Part shown: one piece after another, positions 35,887 to 50,400 of the stretch
How positions within the stretch are numbered: position 1 is the first letter of the stretch
Layout of the letters: every line of letters starts with the position of its first letter
Source of the DNA: Podarcis filfolensis
Lineage: Eukaryota
Length of the DNA stretch: 64,000 bases
Assembly: GCA_964270895.1 (NCBI GenBank)
Contig: OZ185444.1
Reading direction: 5' to 3' (one strand)
Notes under the pieces: generated by a model
Seen by the model: the letters and a program-made list of their open reading frames with translations, nothing else
The model's database searches: none
What the model was told of the DNA's origin: nothing
Position numbers and translations under genes: made by a program

Positions 35887-38800
35887 ATGAAGCAGGAGAA
35901 TTCCCGAAGTGCATCCTATACTGTGGAGTGTGAAGATTACGTCCATGTGGTGGAATTCAACCCATTTGAGAGTGGCACTGCAGAATCACTCATTGCATAT
36001 GGTGGCAATAATTATGTGGTTGTTGGGTCCTGCAGGTTCCAGGTTAGTATGCTTCATAGATCTGAAGCTTATTAAGAAGGCATTGTAACTTGAAAACAAA
36101 TATGGCTATTAGTTTTGAGAAGCTGAAAATGTGAATGATGCACTGGGGAAGAAAATAAGTTCTATGTATAAGTGTGCACAATAATTTTGTAACCATTGGT
36201 TGTCATCTTTTTGTCTTTATTGCCAAAGATACCTACGGTGGCATATTACATTTAAAAGGCACAGTCTTTTAAAAAAATAATAATTAAAGAATCATTTATT
36301 TGGTTGTTTATTTAACAATATATATTTGCAATGCAGTTTATATTTGATTAGCATTGATTTATTTCTGGGGGAAAGCCCTTCATAAAGCATTCCATAGATA
36401 ACACTCACTAGTTTGGAATACTTATGAGAGAAACCTGAGGCACCTGGGAGAAGCAGCATGGCTTCTTTAGGATTCCATACATGGAGATAGAATGGTATTG
36501 CTGTAACACAGTCCTATGCATGTCTGCTCAGAGGTGTGTCCCTATGCATCTGATATACCTTACCCCCAGGTAATTATATAGAAATGCATGATCTTTCTCA
36601 TGAGAGGATGTGCACAAAGAATCTGCAATACCATGTAGTCGGGTCCCAAATAAATAATTCAGGGGCCATGTTGTTTGTCAAGTCTATCATATCACAAAAT
36701 ATTTGAGATGTTTTATTACTTGCTCACAAGTACATTGCATGTATCTGTAGGATGAGGATACAGAAGTGGAAGGAATTCAGTATAAAACGCTAAGAGTTTT
36801 TCATCATGGGATTAGAGTTGATGTCATTGCATGGAGTCCAGAAACTAGACTTGATGCTTTATCTCCCCAAATACGGTAATGTATCCAGCTAAAATGTAAA
36901 CTTTCTTGGTCATTTTTTATTGTGCTAATAACACGTCTACAGTCGTATCTTGGTTTTCGAACAGCATAGTTCTTGAAAAATTTGGCTCCCGAATGCCGCA
37001 AACCCGGAAGTGACTGCTCCAGTTTGTGAATTACTTTTGGAAGCCGAACGTCCAACGGGGCTTCCATGGCTTCCAATTGGCTGCAGGAGCTTCCTGCACC
37101 AATCAGGAGCCGTGCTTTGGTTTCTGAATGTTTTGGAAATCGGACAGACTTCCTGAACAGATTCTGATCAACTTCCAAGGTACGACTGTACTCAGAAGCA
37201 AGTCTCACTGAGTTATATGGAGCTTACTCCAAGGTAAGTGTGTGTAGAACTGCAGCCTTAGACAACTGATCCTGGAAAGTCAGTTATGAATGTGATGGAT
37301 AAACCTCTGTGTTTAAAAACGAATGCTACTGTATATATAAAATAAACTTGACTAATAAAATGTGTGCAGGAACAGGGAATGAAACAATGTGGTGACCTGT
37401 CATACAAGCAGTACTGGAGTGTCTTTTGTGAAACAATGCCCATTCTCTGAAAGTCTTAAAGAAATCTGTCCAGATAAGTATTAGCATTAATCTGTAGCAA
37501 CAAGACTGGTGTGGAGTGGGGGAACTCTGCCAAAGTACCTTTTGTTAAACCAAGTTTTAACAAGTTTTTGTAAGCAGCCTAATTCGTCACATGCAATAAT
37601 TTGCCAGTACAGAGGGACAGAAGTAATTGGTCCCCTTATGCTATGCTGTGTGCACAGCCAACCCAGAAATACAGAGCCACGTCTGCTGTGTGAACGGCAC
37701 TTTCTCCTGTAGCTTTCCAAGGCAGAAGAAAACTGTTCATGCGTTCCATGTGGTGCTGCATTGTGCAGCTGGGTCTGAGAGCCCTGGTCGCCAGGGTAAA
37801 TTGTCGTTTGCTTATTTCCTCTGAGGCAACTCAGACTTTGGTAAGGTGTCAAAACAGTTTTTGCCTTTTCAGTTTTTGCCTGTACTATTTTATGTTAAAT
37901 CTGATTAAGTTACAATATTAAGCTGAAGAAACTTGAGTAACTGAAACTTGAGTAATTGAAAGTGTTGAATGATATTTAATTATTTGACTAGCACTACTAG
38001 CATAATAGGCATTGACTCAGATCCCTTCTTGAGTTTTGTTCCTGCTATCTTCTTAATTTTCTTAAGTGTTTGGCTATCAGCTACAAGTTACATAAATGCT
38101 ATTGATTAGCTCCATCAATACATATAAATTGTTCCTAACATACTAACCTACAAAATCAGGAGCGGTATTATTTTCTTTAATTGCAAGTGATTCCTGCCTG
38201 GCTGTGATCTAATGTGTATGTCCAGAGAAATATGGCAGCTTAATTATTTTTCATTTTATAATGAGTAATGCAAATTTACTTTGAGAAATCCATCTTTAAT
38301 AACGTTGCCAACTATATTTCACTTGTATGGAATGACTGAATGTATTGCTTGTCTAATTACCTTAGATTTTGTACTGCAGCTGCTGATAAGAAATTAAGGT
38401 TATTCACCTCAGATCTCCAAGAAAATAATGGATATAAGGTGAGGAGAAACAAATTATAATGATAAATGCTATTTTGTGTTTTTTATTTAACATGCCAACT
38501 TTTTAAAAGTAAATATTGTTGGAGTGGTAGTTATGAAGTTACATAAATATTGTAAACCTTAAATCATTTATTTTAACATTTTAAAATAAGTGTGTTCTTG
38601 CAGAACAAAACCATTGTATACTACTTAAGGCAAAATTTTAATAAAATGGATAAATGTTTTTTAATTGCTTAGTAATTATTCAGTCTAAAATAGATGCAAA
38701 TAGGAACATGAAGGTAGAGCAATATATGGCATGCTAAGGAATAAGAGTACCAGAAATAATATGCAGAGTGGTGCCTGCATAATTTATGGAAATAATATGC

Positions 38801-41463
38801 AGGGAACTGTTTTACAAGAAGAAATTAAAATATTGTGTCTGATAAATATTCCTATTGAAGCAGCTACTATTTTATAATTAAATATCACTTTAAACCATGA
38901 TTAAGTATCACTCTATTGAATAATATTTATCCTTCTTCAAAACAACCTCCCATAGATAGCCAAAAAATGTTGAGATTCTACCAGTCATAGTTGTGATAGT
39001 TTTAAAACTACAACTTACACTATTGTGATTACGATGGTTTATTGACACTCCCAGATTGAGCTGATAGTTCAAGCTGCCAGAAAGTCTGTACTGGTGCTAG
39101 ACTTTATATATTAACACTCTGATTTATAACTAATGTCAGTGGAGCTTCTTTGATGAATGATGTTAATCGTGTATCTAAACTGTTTGTTTTTACCATATAA
39201 TTGATGTGAGCAATGCTTATTACAGCTTGATCAGACAAGAAATTGATTTCCATAGGTCCTTGTGTAGTAAAATAAACAGTAGTTTGAATGTCAATTGATT
39301 AAACATGTAATTGTTTGAATTGGTAACATGCTGAGACTTACTAAATACAAAAATGTATAATGATTATTCCGAAAACACTACAAATTATAACATTATGCTG
39401 ATTTGGAATGCCAGTTCTGTAGTATTCCTTCATTTACATTGTTGTCCAGTAGAACTATTTTAGGTGTACGGTTAAAGAAAATGATTGTGTCATCTTATGC
39501 TCAATAGTAAAACTTTGCTACCCACTTTGTAGACAAAATGGCTAATATGCAGCCAAACATGGCCCAGTTAGATTAAAAACACCAAGGTAGCAGGTGTTCA
39601 GTCTTGTCCTGGTTCTTCTCTTTCTCTGTTTCTGGATCACTGGATCACTCCCACCAATGGAGAGGCTACAGTTGCAGCTTGTATGGGTGATCATCTGCAA
39701 GTTGTTTGAACATGCTCATGTTGAAAGCCAGCTTGGAGAAGCTGGAACCTTTGTCTGCTGGTAGTGGTAATGGAGGAATAAAGTGCCAATTGGCTGTAAA
39801 AATGTGACTATTTGGCCCTTATTTGAAAGATTATATTTGGATGAATACTTCTCTAACTAGCTATTTCCCTATTCCCAACTTTCCTTCCTAGAAACAACTG
39901 GATTTCATTAGTATTCAGACCCCATCAATACAGCTTTTGTCATCCATGGCCACAAGGTCAATCTTTGCTTAGAAATCAGCAGGGTCAGTTACACCCTTCT
40001 TGTTCTCAATTATTTTTTCTGCAGCCTTGTTGATTATGAAGTACTAATTATACAGCTATGGGGTCTGCAATGCTTTTTTTGAGCAAATTGTCCGGGAGCA
40101 TTCTGGCCACTTATAGAACCAGAGCAAGAACCCTCATGGGCACCTTTCCCTGAACCTGAAGAGCAGTGTCTCCCACACTCTCTCACCAAGGCAACTGTGC
40201 AGGGACTTCAGCAAATGGGAGGCTATGGGACACAAGAGAAGTGCCTCTAAGAAGGCTAGAGGGTTGGCATTTGAGTTCTCCAAAAGGGGGCAGAGCCCAG
40301 GAGGGTGGATTGGAGGCAGGGGCTCAAAAACCTCAGCTCCAACTCCAGTTAGAGCAAATTGCTCACTAAGAGCTCTCCTTGGTGTTGCAATAATTGATCT
40401 GCCTTCCCCCTTTATCCTTGGGACCATAATGGGACAATGGTCATCGTCCTGTCATGCCCTTCTCTATGGCATCCTTTAGCCTTTAGGGCTGCTTTGCTCC
40501 AATCCCACTTTTAGTGAGTGTCTGTGGTTGCTAGGTGAGGTTTTGTGCAGGTTCCATTGATATGCTCATTTCCCAAGGCTGCAGTTAGTGGCTGTTAGGC
40601 TGTCATGTTTTGAACTAGCTATCTCCTAAAACAGATAGGTCTCTGAGAGCCTTATTGTTATCCGCACACAATTAAAGATAGTTGTTTTATGCTGCAATGC
40701 TCTAAATTGCTTGGGTCCAACTCAAGCCATTTCTTTTGTCCCCTGTATCCTACCCTGACAGATAATAAAGATCTTCACTTTACATTTGCTTGCTTGTACC
40801 AGTTGTTCTTTAACTTGCTTTGTTTAATTTATAACAAAAAATATTTCCACTTTCTATCAACAGACTTTGGAGGGCCACTCAGATTACATTAATGATGTGG
40901 TATTTTCACCTAAAGAAGGTCAGGAAATTGCAAGTGTGAGTGATGACCACACTTGCAGGTATGTATTCTTCTAAACACGTGAATTTAACTCTCTCTACAT
41001 ATTTTAATTAAAACTAGAACATTGATCACTGAAGCAGTTCTCTAAGTATGAACTACGTAATTTCTAAAAGGGTTGATATTTCATGCAGTGCAGTTTTTCA
41101 GAAGATTGCATATAAAAACTGACTAAACTTATTTTATTCCCTGTGTACTGCTTTTAAAAATACTGTGTGTTTGTACTTCCCTGCAAATTACTTTTAAAAA
41201 AATACTGGCTCACTTTGCTAAATATGGAAAGGAAAAACTTGGAATTGCAGGATTTCAAGGCTTTTTATGATTATTTTTTTTTAAATAATTCATAGAATAC
41301 ATGCATGTATTTTATGAATGTTCATATAGCAAGCATGTGGAGAGTGAGATCTGCATGTATAATAAAATATTTGTTGAGAGGAGGGGGACTTGGAAGTTTA
41401 TACAGTTTTATGAATCAAATAATTTACTACTCACTTGTTCTTGTGTCCATCCAGCATTTGTTT

Positions 41464-41498
<35 letters not shown>

Positions 41499-44400
41499 GC
41501 CTTTTACTTTAACTCCTCATAGGATGATGCCCAACATTGTATGAGCAAGCTTCTGCTTATGCAATGGGACTTACCTTCTCGTCCCTCTCCCCAAATCTGC
41601 TCCAGAGTGCCCCCAATTTGGAACTGCAGGGACTGTGTAAAGAGGGAGGGAAAGCCCCGTTCACTAGTGGAAGTATGTTTTACAGGCAAGTGGCCACAGT
41701 TGATTTTCACTCATGATGTAGAATGAAACTAGATTTTTAAGTACAGTGGTACCTCTGGTTACGTACTTAATTCATTCCGGAGGTCCGTTCTTAACCTGAA
41801 ACTGTTCTTAACCTGAAGCACCACTTTAGCTAATGAGGCCTGCCGCCATGCCGCTGGAGCATGATTTCTGTTCTCATCCTGAAGCAAAGTTCTTAACCCG
41901 AGGTACTATTTCTGGGTTAGCAGAGTCTGTAAGAAACCTGAAGCGTCTGTAACCTGAGGTACCACTGTAACGTGAAGTTAACAACAATTACATAGGCTGC
42001 AAGGGTGGCGCTGTGGGTAAAACCTCAGCGCCTAGGGCTTGCCGATCACATGGTCGGCGGTTCGAATCCCCACGGCGGGGTAAGCTCCCGTCTTTCGGTC
42101 CCAGCTCCTGCCCACCTAGCAGTTCAAAAGCACTCTTAAGTGCAAGTAGATAAATAGGTATCGCTTTATAGCGGGAAGGTAAACGGCGTTTCCGTGTGCT
42201 GTGCTGGTGCTGGCTCGCCAGAGCAGCTTCGTCACGCTGGCCACGTGACCCAGAAGTGTCTTCGGACAGCGCTGGCCCCCGGCCTCTTAAGTGAGATGGG
42301 CGCACAACCCTAGAGTCAGACATGACTGGCCCGTACGGGCAGGGGTACCTTTACCTTTACATAGGCTTCAAACTCTCTCCCTCAATGAGGGCCTGCTCTA
42401 CACAGACTGAAGCAATGCATTTGGTTAGTACTGCTGTCTAGTAGTTGCTGAGCATGAATACATTCCCCATCACTCGTTGTAGCACTTTCCTCCAAGTCAT
42501 AATTTCCATGTGGTAGGAAAATGTTGTAGTTCTAGTACGTTCCTGCATGACTGCTGCTTTTTGTTCAGGGTTTTATTTTATTTTAATTTTTTGCCGCTCC
42601 CCATTTTTCTTTGCTGGCCTATTTGTTATTTGGACAGTTAGGATGGATACATGCTGTAAGAACTGAAAGAAGAGCTATACCCAAGGGTATTCTAGGCCGC
42701 TTTCCCCCTTTGCTCCTCTCATCACAGCCTCTGCCAAAACATGTTCTGGGAGTCATCCTGCACATTCAAAAACCGTTTCAGCCCTTTGGCAGTGGTTGTG
42801 CAGTGTTTTTTGTCTTTTATTCTCAGCGGTCTTCCCTTCCTTCACCCCCCCCTTTACCCCTCATTTTGCAGTACTTCAGCAGTAAGACCAGGCTAAATTA
42901 TTTTTCAAAATAGCTTGAGAGCTTAAGAAATGTAGCTTGCCTTTCCTAAAATATGCTCAGGCTATATAAACGCATGGAGTGTACCAGCAGTTTTGGCAGT
43001 GCGATGTTAAGAGGCCAAGATACTGCCCTAGTGTTGATTGGAATGTTAACTTTAGTATTGGAATGCTAGTTTTGTTTGCAAATAGAGCATTTAACATTTT
43101 AGTTGTATGTTTTTAATAGAAAAGTAATTATTTAACTTTTACCTGTGGTAGAAAAATCACCCAGAATATAAAAACGCTTTGTTTTCCAATTGTAAATAAA
43201 TCTTTTTTGTCCCTCTAAAGACATGAACTTACAATGTTCACCAATTTAGCTGTTATGTACTGTAATGCTTTACTAGGGAATATTTGGACTTGGATTAAAG
43301 ATTGTGACATAAGGAGAATATTTGCTGATCCTTGGATTCTAGGGTTTCTGCCCACTTTTTGTTGTATTCAAATGTGTCCTACAGATGTGATCCATTCCCC
43401 CCTCCCCCGCTTAGCACTTAATCATTACAAAGAACCGGACAATGTGCAAGTTTGTGACTTGCTACAGTATCTAGGCATCTCAGAAGCAGAGTAAGTTTCT
43501 GAAACAAAAGTATTACCTGATCCCTTATAACTTAGTTGTTAGCATTAATCATAATATACGCTCACTTTGCATAATTGTTCTGCTGTGAAACACTTCGTAA
43601 CAAATGCCAAGTATTTTCTGCTTGTCATTTTTGATTACTGTGCCCAGGAAAGGCCTATTGCTAGACTGTAAATTCTTTAGAAATGAAATCATTGTCTTTA
43701 AAAGAAAAAAAGAAAAAGAGATCATAGAAATTTTAAGGTCACTGTAGAGAACCAAGTTCAGGTTGTAAAGATAATCAAGCTTGCAGTATAAGATAAGGAT
43801 AAAAGTACTTTCAGCATTTTTTCACATGTGGCATTTCACTCGCCTCCCAAAGATTACATATTGGTTCTTCACTTTTCTTTAGACGCTTGCTGTATGTAAG
43901 TTAAAACAATATAGCAGCCTTGCAAAGAAGTACAACAAAATTACTATCCCGGAAAAAGTTTTACTTGCCCACCTGTGCAAAAATTAGCTATGTTAGAGCA
44001 GTTGTTATAACGTCTAAGCCAGCTCTCCCCAACCTGATACTTTCCAGGTATTATTGGACTGCAACTTTAAAGTCCCAGTTAGCCAATGGTCAGGGATAAT
44101 GGGAGTTATAGTCCAACAATATCTGGATGGCACTAGATTGGGGAAGCTGGGTCTATGGAGTGGGTTTCTTGCATCCTTAGTGGCCACTGCCAGTGGGAGG
44201 AGCTGCAGGCTGTCCAGCGACCTGTGTGAGGAGAATCTCTGTCTCCGGGTCAGAAAACATTTGGCACTACCTGGCCCTGGTTGGCAAATAACACACTTCC
44301 AAGGGGTTTATTTCTGTTTCAGACCTTTTAAAGACCAGCAGGCAGCTAAGGACTAGGGAGAAGACCTTTTGTACCCCTAGCACTTAATCAACACTGTGGT

Positions 44401-47400
44401 TTGGGGGTTTTTTATGTAAGTTTTTGTGTGTGTTGATTTTATCTCAGTTGCCATGGAGAACAGATATAATAGCTATTTTGTGGGCTGAAGCTGAAAAAAT
44501 GCCCCTACTTTTAAAAGCTTCCCTGTCTGGCCATCTGGAGGCCAAGTCTTACTTGCCACAGGCAACCAGGTGAGTGCCTATAAACAAGTTGGTGAGAGAA
44601 TTGCCAGTTACTTCTTCAGCACTTGAATAGTCAGTGCCTTGCGTTGTGAAGTGTGCAGTTTAAATGCAAACTTGCAGTTCTCCCATGCAACCCTGACATC
44701 CCTTTATAAGGTTCCTTCTGATATGGAGACCCGAATGCACTCCAGAATTTTGCATTCCCAGGGTTAACAAGGACAGCCAAGATAAAGAAAAGGTACAGTT
44801 TATTGTAGCAAAAATGGAATTAGCATATTCATTGAAGATATTAAACAGACTCTGTGAATAGCACTCTAGCAACAGGCTACATTTAAAGGAGTTTAAAATT
44901 ACTACAATAGTTTTAAATAATTAAAATGGTTTAAAAGGCATCGCTTTTAAAAGTATGCATGAAAATACATAGAAAAGCTAGGATGTAGTCAAATTGATCA
45001 GACAAACAGAATGGGAAAGATGTTGCCTGGAGCAAAGAGAAGAGAGGCTTGTGTGAATGGAGAGATGAGATGAATGATGACTAGAACAACTTGCTCTAGA
45101 AAGAGAAGAGGTGAAGAAGGAGGTTTGAACTGTGATTTTGTGAGTCTTTGGGAAAGGTTTTAGGAAGAAAACAAGTGAGAGACTTTGGGGCAACAGCTGA
45201 GAGTATAAGTTCTGTTTTTGCAGTGGGTGGCTATGGGCAGCGAGTAACAGAGAATACGAAATTCTGGGGTGAGACACCCAAAGCATAGCAAGGGAAGGAA
45301 GAGGAGGTTTCCCAAGAAACAGGGATTTGATAGGTGAAGGGGAGAGAGTGTAATGGTTTGGGCATATGATAGACTGTCCTGTGAAGTGGTGGTGGGCGGA
45401 GTAGTACCTTTTCTTATTTCTGTGGTGCTGGAGTTGAGTACGGTGGAGGAGATGGTACCTCTTCAGCAATAGAAAGGGGATGAGATAAAAAGAAATGGGT
45501 GGGGGAGTAAACAGGAGACCTATGCAGGAAAATGAGTTCTCTTTGGTATCCAAAGTGATAAGGGAGGATGGCAGAGATTTACAGTAAAGGAGACAGCAAT
45601 CAGTGCATCTAGCAGGTGATACAACTCATCTTTCTTGACTGTGCCCTGCCTAAGTTACACTCCAGGCCAGGACAGTACTTCTGTGAAGCAAAGCCTGGGA
45701 TCAAGAGAGGCTCATCTGTGTGTGTACATGGACATTTTTCTCTGGCAGCTCTTGGGGTGATATTTTAGAGGACCCCGCCCCAGTCTTCAAGGGGATGCTG
45801 TTCAGAGGGCAGCTGCTGTAATCGGGCGGGGGGACAACATATTTATGGAGAACACATTGGGTTGTATCCAACAAAGTTATACTCCAAGTAGTTAGCCATG
45901 CCCATTTATTTCAGTGGGGGCTATTCTGAGTAGGGCTAGTGTTGAAAGTAGCCCTTTATGTGGTGGTGCTTTGGCTCCAGGCCAATGTAAAATATGATAG
46001 GGAAATTCCAAATGTATTTCCTTAGAAAAGGAGCCTCTTGAAATCACAGGGAATTACTTCCATAGATAGGTAATATTAAGCATAGGAAGGCCTGACATTC
46101 TAAAATCTGTACTTAAGCTTTCTTCCCAGGTTAGTAATAATTTAGCAGTTTTCAAATAGAGCTTTCCAAATATGCATTACATGTGCCTCTGAATCAAGCC
46201 ATCTCCCAAACGCAGTCAAAATGCCTGCAAAGAAACATCTGTTAAGGATGGTCCATATAATATGAATTATGACTTCTTTTGATTTAACAAGAAGGGAGGA
46301 AGGAGGGATTGTCGTCATAATTTGTGGTTGCCTGGAAATCTGAACTAAACACTATTAAGAAAGTATATTCCAGTTTATAAAAATTCTCCAAAACTAAAAC
46401 TTGGATGTGCATGAAAATGTTGACTAAATGCCTGAACTTAAACGTTCTATTTGCATAGTTTTATGCTTCCTTTGGTACAAACCTCTGCCCAGTATTTTAT
46501 TTATTACTGCTTTGATTTTTCTTAATAATTCATTTTTTTTCTTTTCCCTATGGATTCTGCGGCCTTTCAGTGATTGAACAATTGTTTTCAATGTTGCCTG
46601 CCTCTTATCAGCCTGCCTTCCATCAAGAGCTCTGTGCTTAGGTGGACTGTAGAGGGGGAAACAAAGGAGAGCAAATTATCATTTTTATTGTTTAGCATCT
46701 GCAGTCAGTTTGTTGTAGCAACTAACATTGCAGTCCTATTTGCTCCTGATCTGAATTTTACCTGTTTTTTATGCAGTTAAAATGGAGAAAATGGCAGGAT
46801 GTTTCATTGTTAACAAACATGCCATATCTCAACTTTGAACTATCCTAATTTATTCAAAATTAAGTGCTGCTTGAATACATGACAGAAAATCTACATATGA
46901 AAGATTTATTTTTAGTTTGTTTATTTATTTATTTATAAAATATTTATATACTTCTGTATCATAAAAATGTATCACAGCTGTTGGCAACAATATAAACACA
47001 TAAAACCAGACGATCATATAAAGTTAAAAACAAGAGCAAAAAGAAACAAACCTCAATAGTCCATTGTGGGGTGTACTCTTAATTGCCTGCATAGACCTGG
47101 TGGAATAGATTTTTTTTTAAGCAAGGGTTTAAAAGCTGGCACAGAAGGTGCCCGCTGAATATCTATTGGCAGGGTGTTCCACAGGACTGGCCAATGATAC
47201 TAAAGGCTCAATTTCTCGTTGTTGTCAAATTAGCCTCACCAACTCAGGGAACAACCAAAAATGCCCCTGCGGATGATCTTAGTGATTGAGCTGGAATATG
47301 AGGGTTCAGGCGATCCCTGAGTTATCCTGGATCCAAGTTGTTCAGGGCTTTGTAAATCAATGGAAGAGCCTTCAAGTTGGCTCGGTAGCAGATGGGCAGC

Positions 47401-50400
47401 CAGCACAGCTGTTTTAACAATGGTGTCACATGTTCTTGACCAAATGCTCCCATCAGCAGTCTGGCTGCAGCATTCTGTACCAGCTGGAGCTTTCAAACCA
47501 GACCCAAGGCAGACCCACATAGAGCACATTCAGTAATTTAGCCTTGAGGTTACCAATGCATGGACTGCAGTGGACAGGTTATCCCTGTCCAGGAACAGTA
47601 GTAGTTAACAAACCAGAGAAAGCTGGTGAAAGGCATTCATAGCCACAGAGGACACTTGGTATCCAGGACTACCCCCAAACTACACATTTGCTCCTTCAAA
47701 GGAAGTGCAGCCCCATCCATAACAGGTAACTTGCTAGTTTCCTGAACATGGGAACCGCCCATCCAAAAAGCCTTTGTCTTCCCAGGATTCAAACACAGTT
47801 TATTGTCCCTCATCCAGGCCATCAGTGCATGCAGACACTGGTCCAGAGCTTTCACAGGCTCTCTTGATTCAGATGTTATGGAGAAGTAGAACTATATATC
47901 ATCGGCATACTGGTGACACCTCACTCCAAAACTCCTAATGACTGCACCCAGTGGCTTCCAATGGTTAATCAGTCTTTTCTAGGAATACCTCAGTTGCTGT
48001 GCAACCACCCTCTCCACCACCTTTGCCGAGAAAGGAGTGTTGGGTACTGGTTGGACTTTTTGAGTAGTGGATGCAGTGGGCACCACTCCATCACACAATG
48101 ATGCATTTACCATACCTAATAAGCCAGGGTGGACAAGGATCTAATGAGCAGGTGGTCGGGCACATCACTGGCACTATCTTGTTCACATCCTCAGACCTCA
48201 TCAACCAGAAATGGTCCCACAACATCAGGCTCAATGTTGCATTGGACTCCTCGGTTTATACTGTCTCAGTTGTTGTTTAGTCATGTCTGACTCTTCGTGA
48301 CCCCATGGACCAGAGCACACCAGGCACTCCTGTCTTCCACAGCCTCCCGCAGTTTGGTCAAACTCATATTCGTAGCTTCGAGAACACTGTCCAACCATCT
48401 TGTCTTCTGTCATCCCCTTCTCCTTGTGCCCTCAATCTTTCCCAACATCGGGGTCTACTACTGTCTCAGTAGCAGCATCTAAATCACAGTGGAGCCAAGC
48501 AACTTTATCCTCAAAGTGTTTAGCCATCCAGTTACAGTGAGTTCCCATGTGTTCCAGAGGTCTGCCCCGGTCAGGAGCAACAAGCCTCTGGACCACGTGG
48601 AACAGCTCCGCCAGAGGGCTCCTCAAGAATGCAGTGGAGGCAACAGCGTAGGATCTTTTTGCTGCCTTCATCACCACATGGAAGGCCCAGTTGTGAGCCT
48701 GAACACATGGTCAGGTGGCTTCAACTTCTGGTCCATCCCTCTCCCAGCCTGGCAGGGCTTTGCATCCCCTTTGGATTTCCCCTCTTCCTTTGGGTTGATC
48801 TTTCTGAGGCCAACTACCAAGGACTTCATAGTGGAACTGTGGTTCAATGTGGAACTTCCCAGTTCTTCCGCTCATACTGTGTCAGCTTTCATGTGACTGC
48901 ACGTGCATCTATTAGGTTTATATGTGCTTTTCTTTTTTTCTGGCATAGAGATCTGGTCATCTACAAAATGTGTAGTATCTGAAGGGGCTCCAGTAGGACT
49001 GTATTGTAGTTGGGGAGGTGGTAAAGGTTGTTGGGCGTATTTTGCTCTCGGAGGATGTTCTGTTACTGAACATGATCTTTATACATCCACGAAACATAAA
49101 GCAGATACAGGCATGACACTAAAGCATAAATCAGAAAAATATTGCTGCCTGCACCTCAACTCCTTTGCCTTTGGGAAAGGGACATGATGTTCCCTGGCCA
49201 AAATGATTCACCATCTTGAATTGTACTACGCTCCTCTTCCCTGCATAGTAAACACATCCAGAAAGTGTTGATTTGACTTGGAAAGACCTACAAGGCAAAA
49301 CCTTTGGCAGCAGAAGAAAGGGCTTTGTCTGTAAATTACCTAATCAAGTAGATATTCTTTGTTTTCACAAAATGTGGAGTTTTTAAAAATAAGGATGCTG
49401 ATCTTTCCAAATTTGGAGGCCCTAGGATTTTTGCAGGGAAAACAAATATTTGATCTGTTGAGGTTTGGCACAGAAAGGCTCGCACTGTTAATTAATTGTA
49501 TTTATTTTATTTCACATCTATTTTGTCTAGACTTGACTAGACATTTTACTAAAGAGTGTGTTCCGATGCTAATATAAACTTTTCACAGCCCTGGTGAGAA
49601 ATGAACTCAAAAGATCTCTAAGCAAAACTTAACTTATAAAATATTTTGCTATTTGGTATCTTTTAACGGAAAGTTAAATTGAACATTTTCACTTAAACAT
49701 TTATGAACAAGAATACTTAACACCATGGTAAAATTACGCAATTAAGTCAAGTGAAAATCTATATTTGATATCATTTTTACATATTGAATGTGGGAGGATT
49801 ATCCAATTGGTCATAGTCCTATTTTTCCTATAATCCAAGTTACCGTATTTTTAAAAAAATTGTTATAGTTAAGACATACTTTGCAGACACCCCACAGCAG
49901 CCTTCCCTAATCAGGAGCATGACTGTGCTTGCTAGGACTGATGGGAGTTGTAGTCCAAAAATTTTGGAGGCCACCAGTTTGCAGAAGATAGCCTTCTTTG
50001 AACAGCTTCCTGTTGCATAAATCTGTGAACTGAAGAGCCTGCAAATGCGAGGGAGATAAATGGGAGGGCATCTGCCTACAGTGTGGGGAAGTGAAACAAA
50101 GAGGGTAAATCATAAGCTCTTTATAACCTGCAGGGGTATAAAACACTGCAGAAGAAATAGGAAGGAAATGGGTACATTATAGGGTTATTCAAAGACTGCC
50201 CTTGACACTTTGCAAAGTGTTACTGAAGCCACCTCCACATTTTAACAGAAATCTTACAAAGGAAAATGCTTAAAAAGGAAATGGACATGTCATCTCCTGC
50301 TACCCCTCCCTCAGTTCCATAGCCTTTATTAACTAGAGTATTTGGTGTGTTGGTTTGGAATTTCCTCCTCTCAAAGATTATCTTGTAGGATTTATTTTCT

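Noticed and set aside
41988-42323. Near-identical ORFs at 41988-42323 and 59991-60284 suggesting a duplicated gene
   Set aside because: Both are antisense translations of Sauria SINE copies bounded by TSDs.
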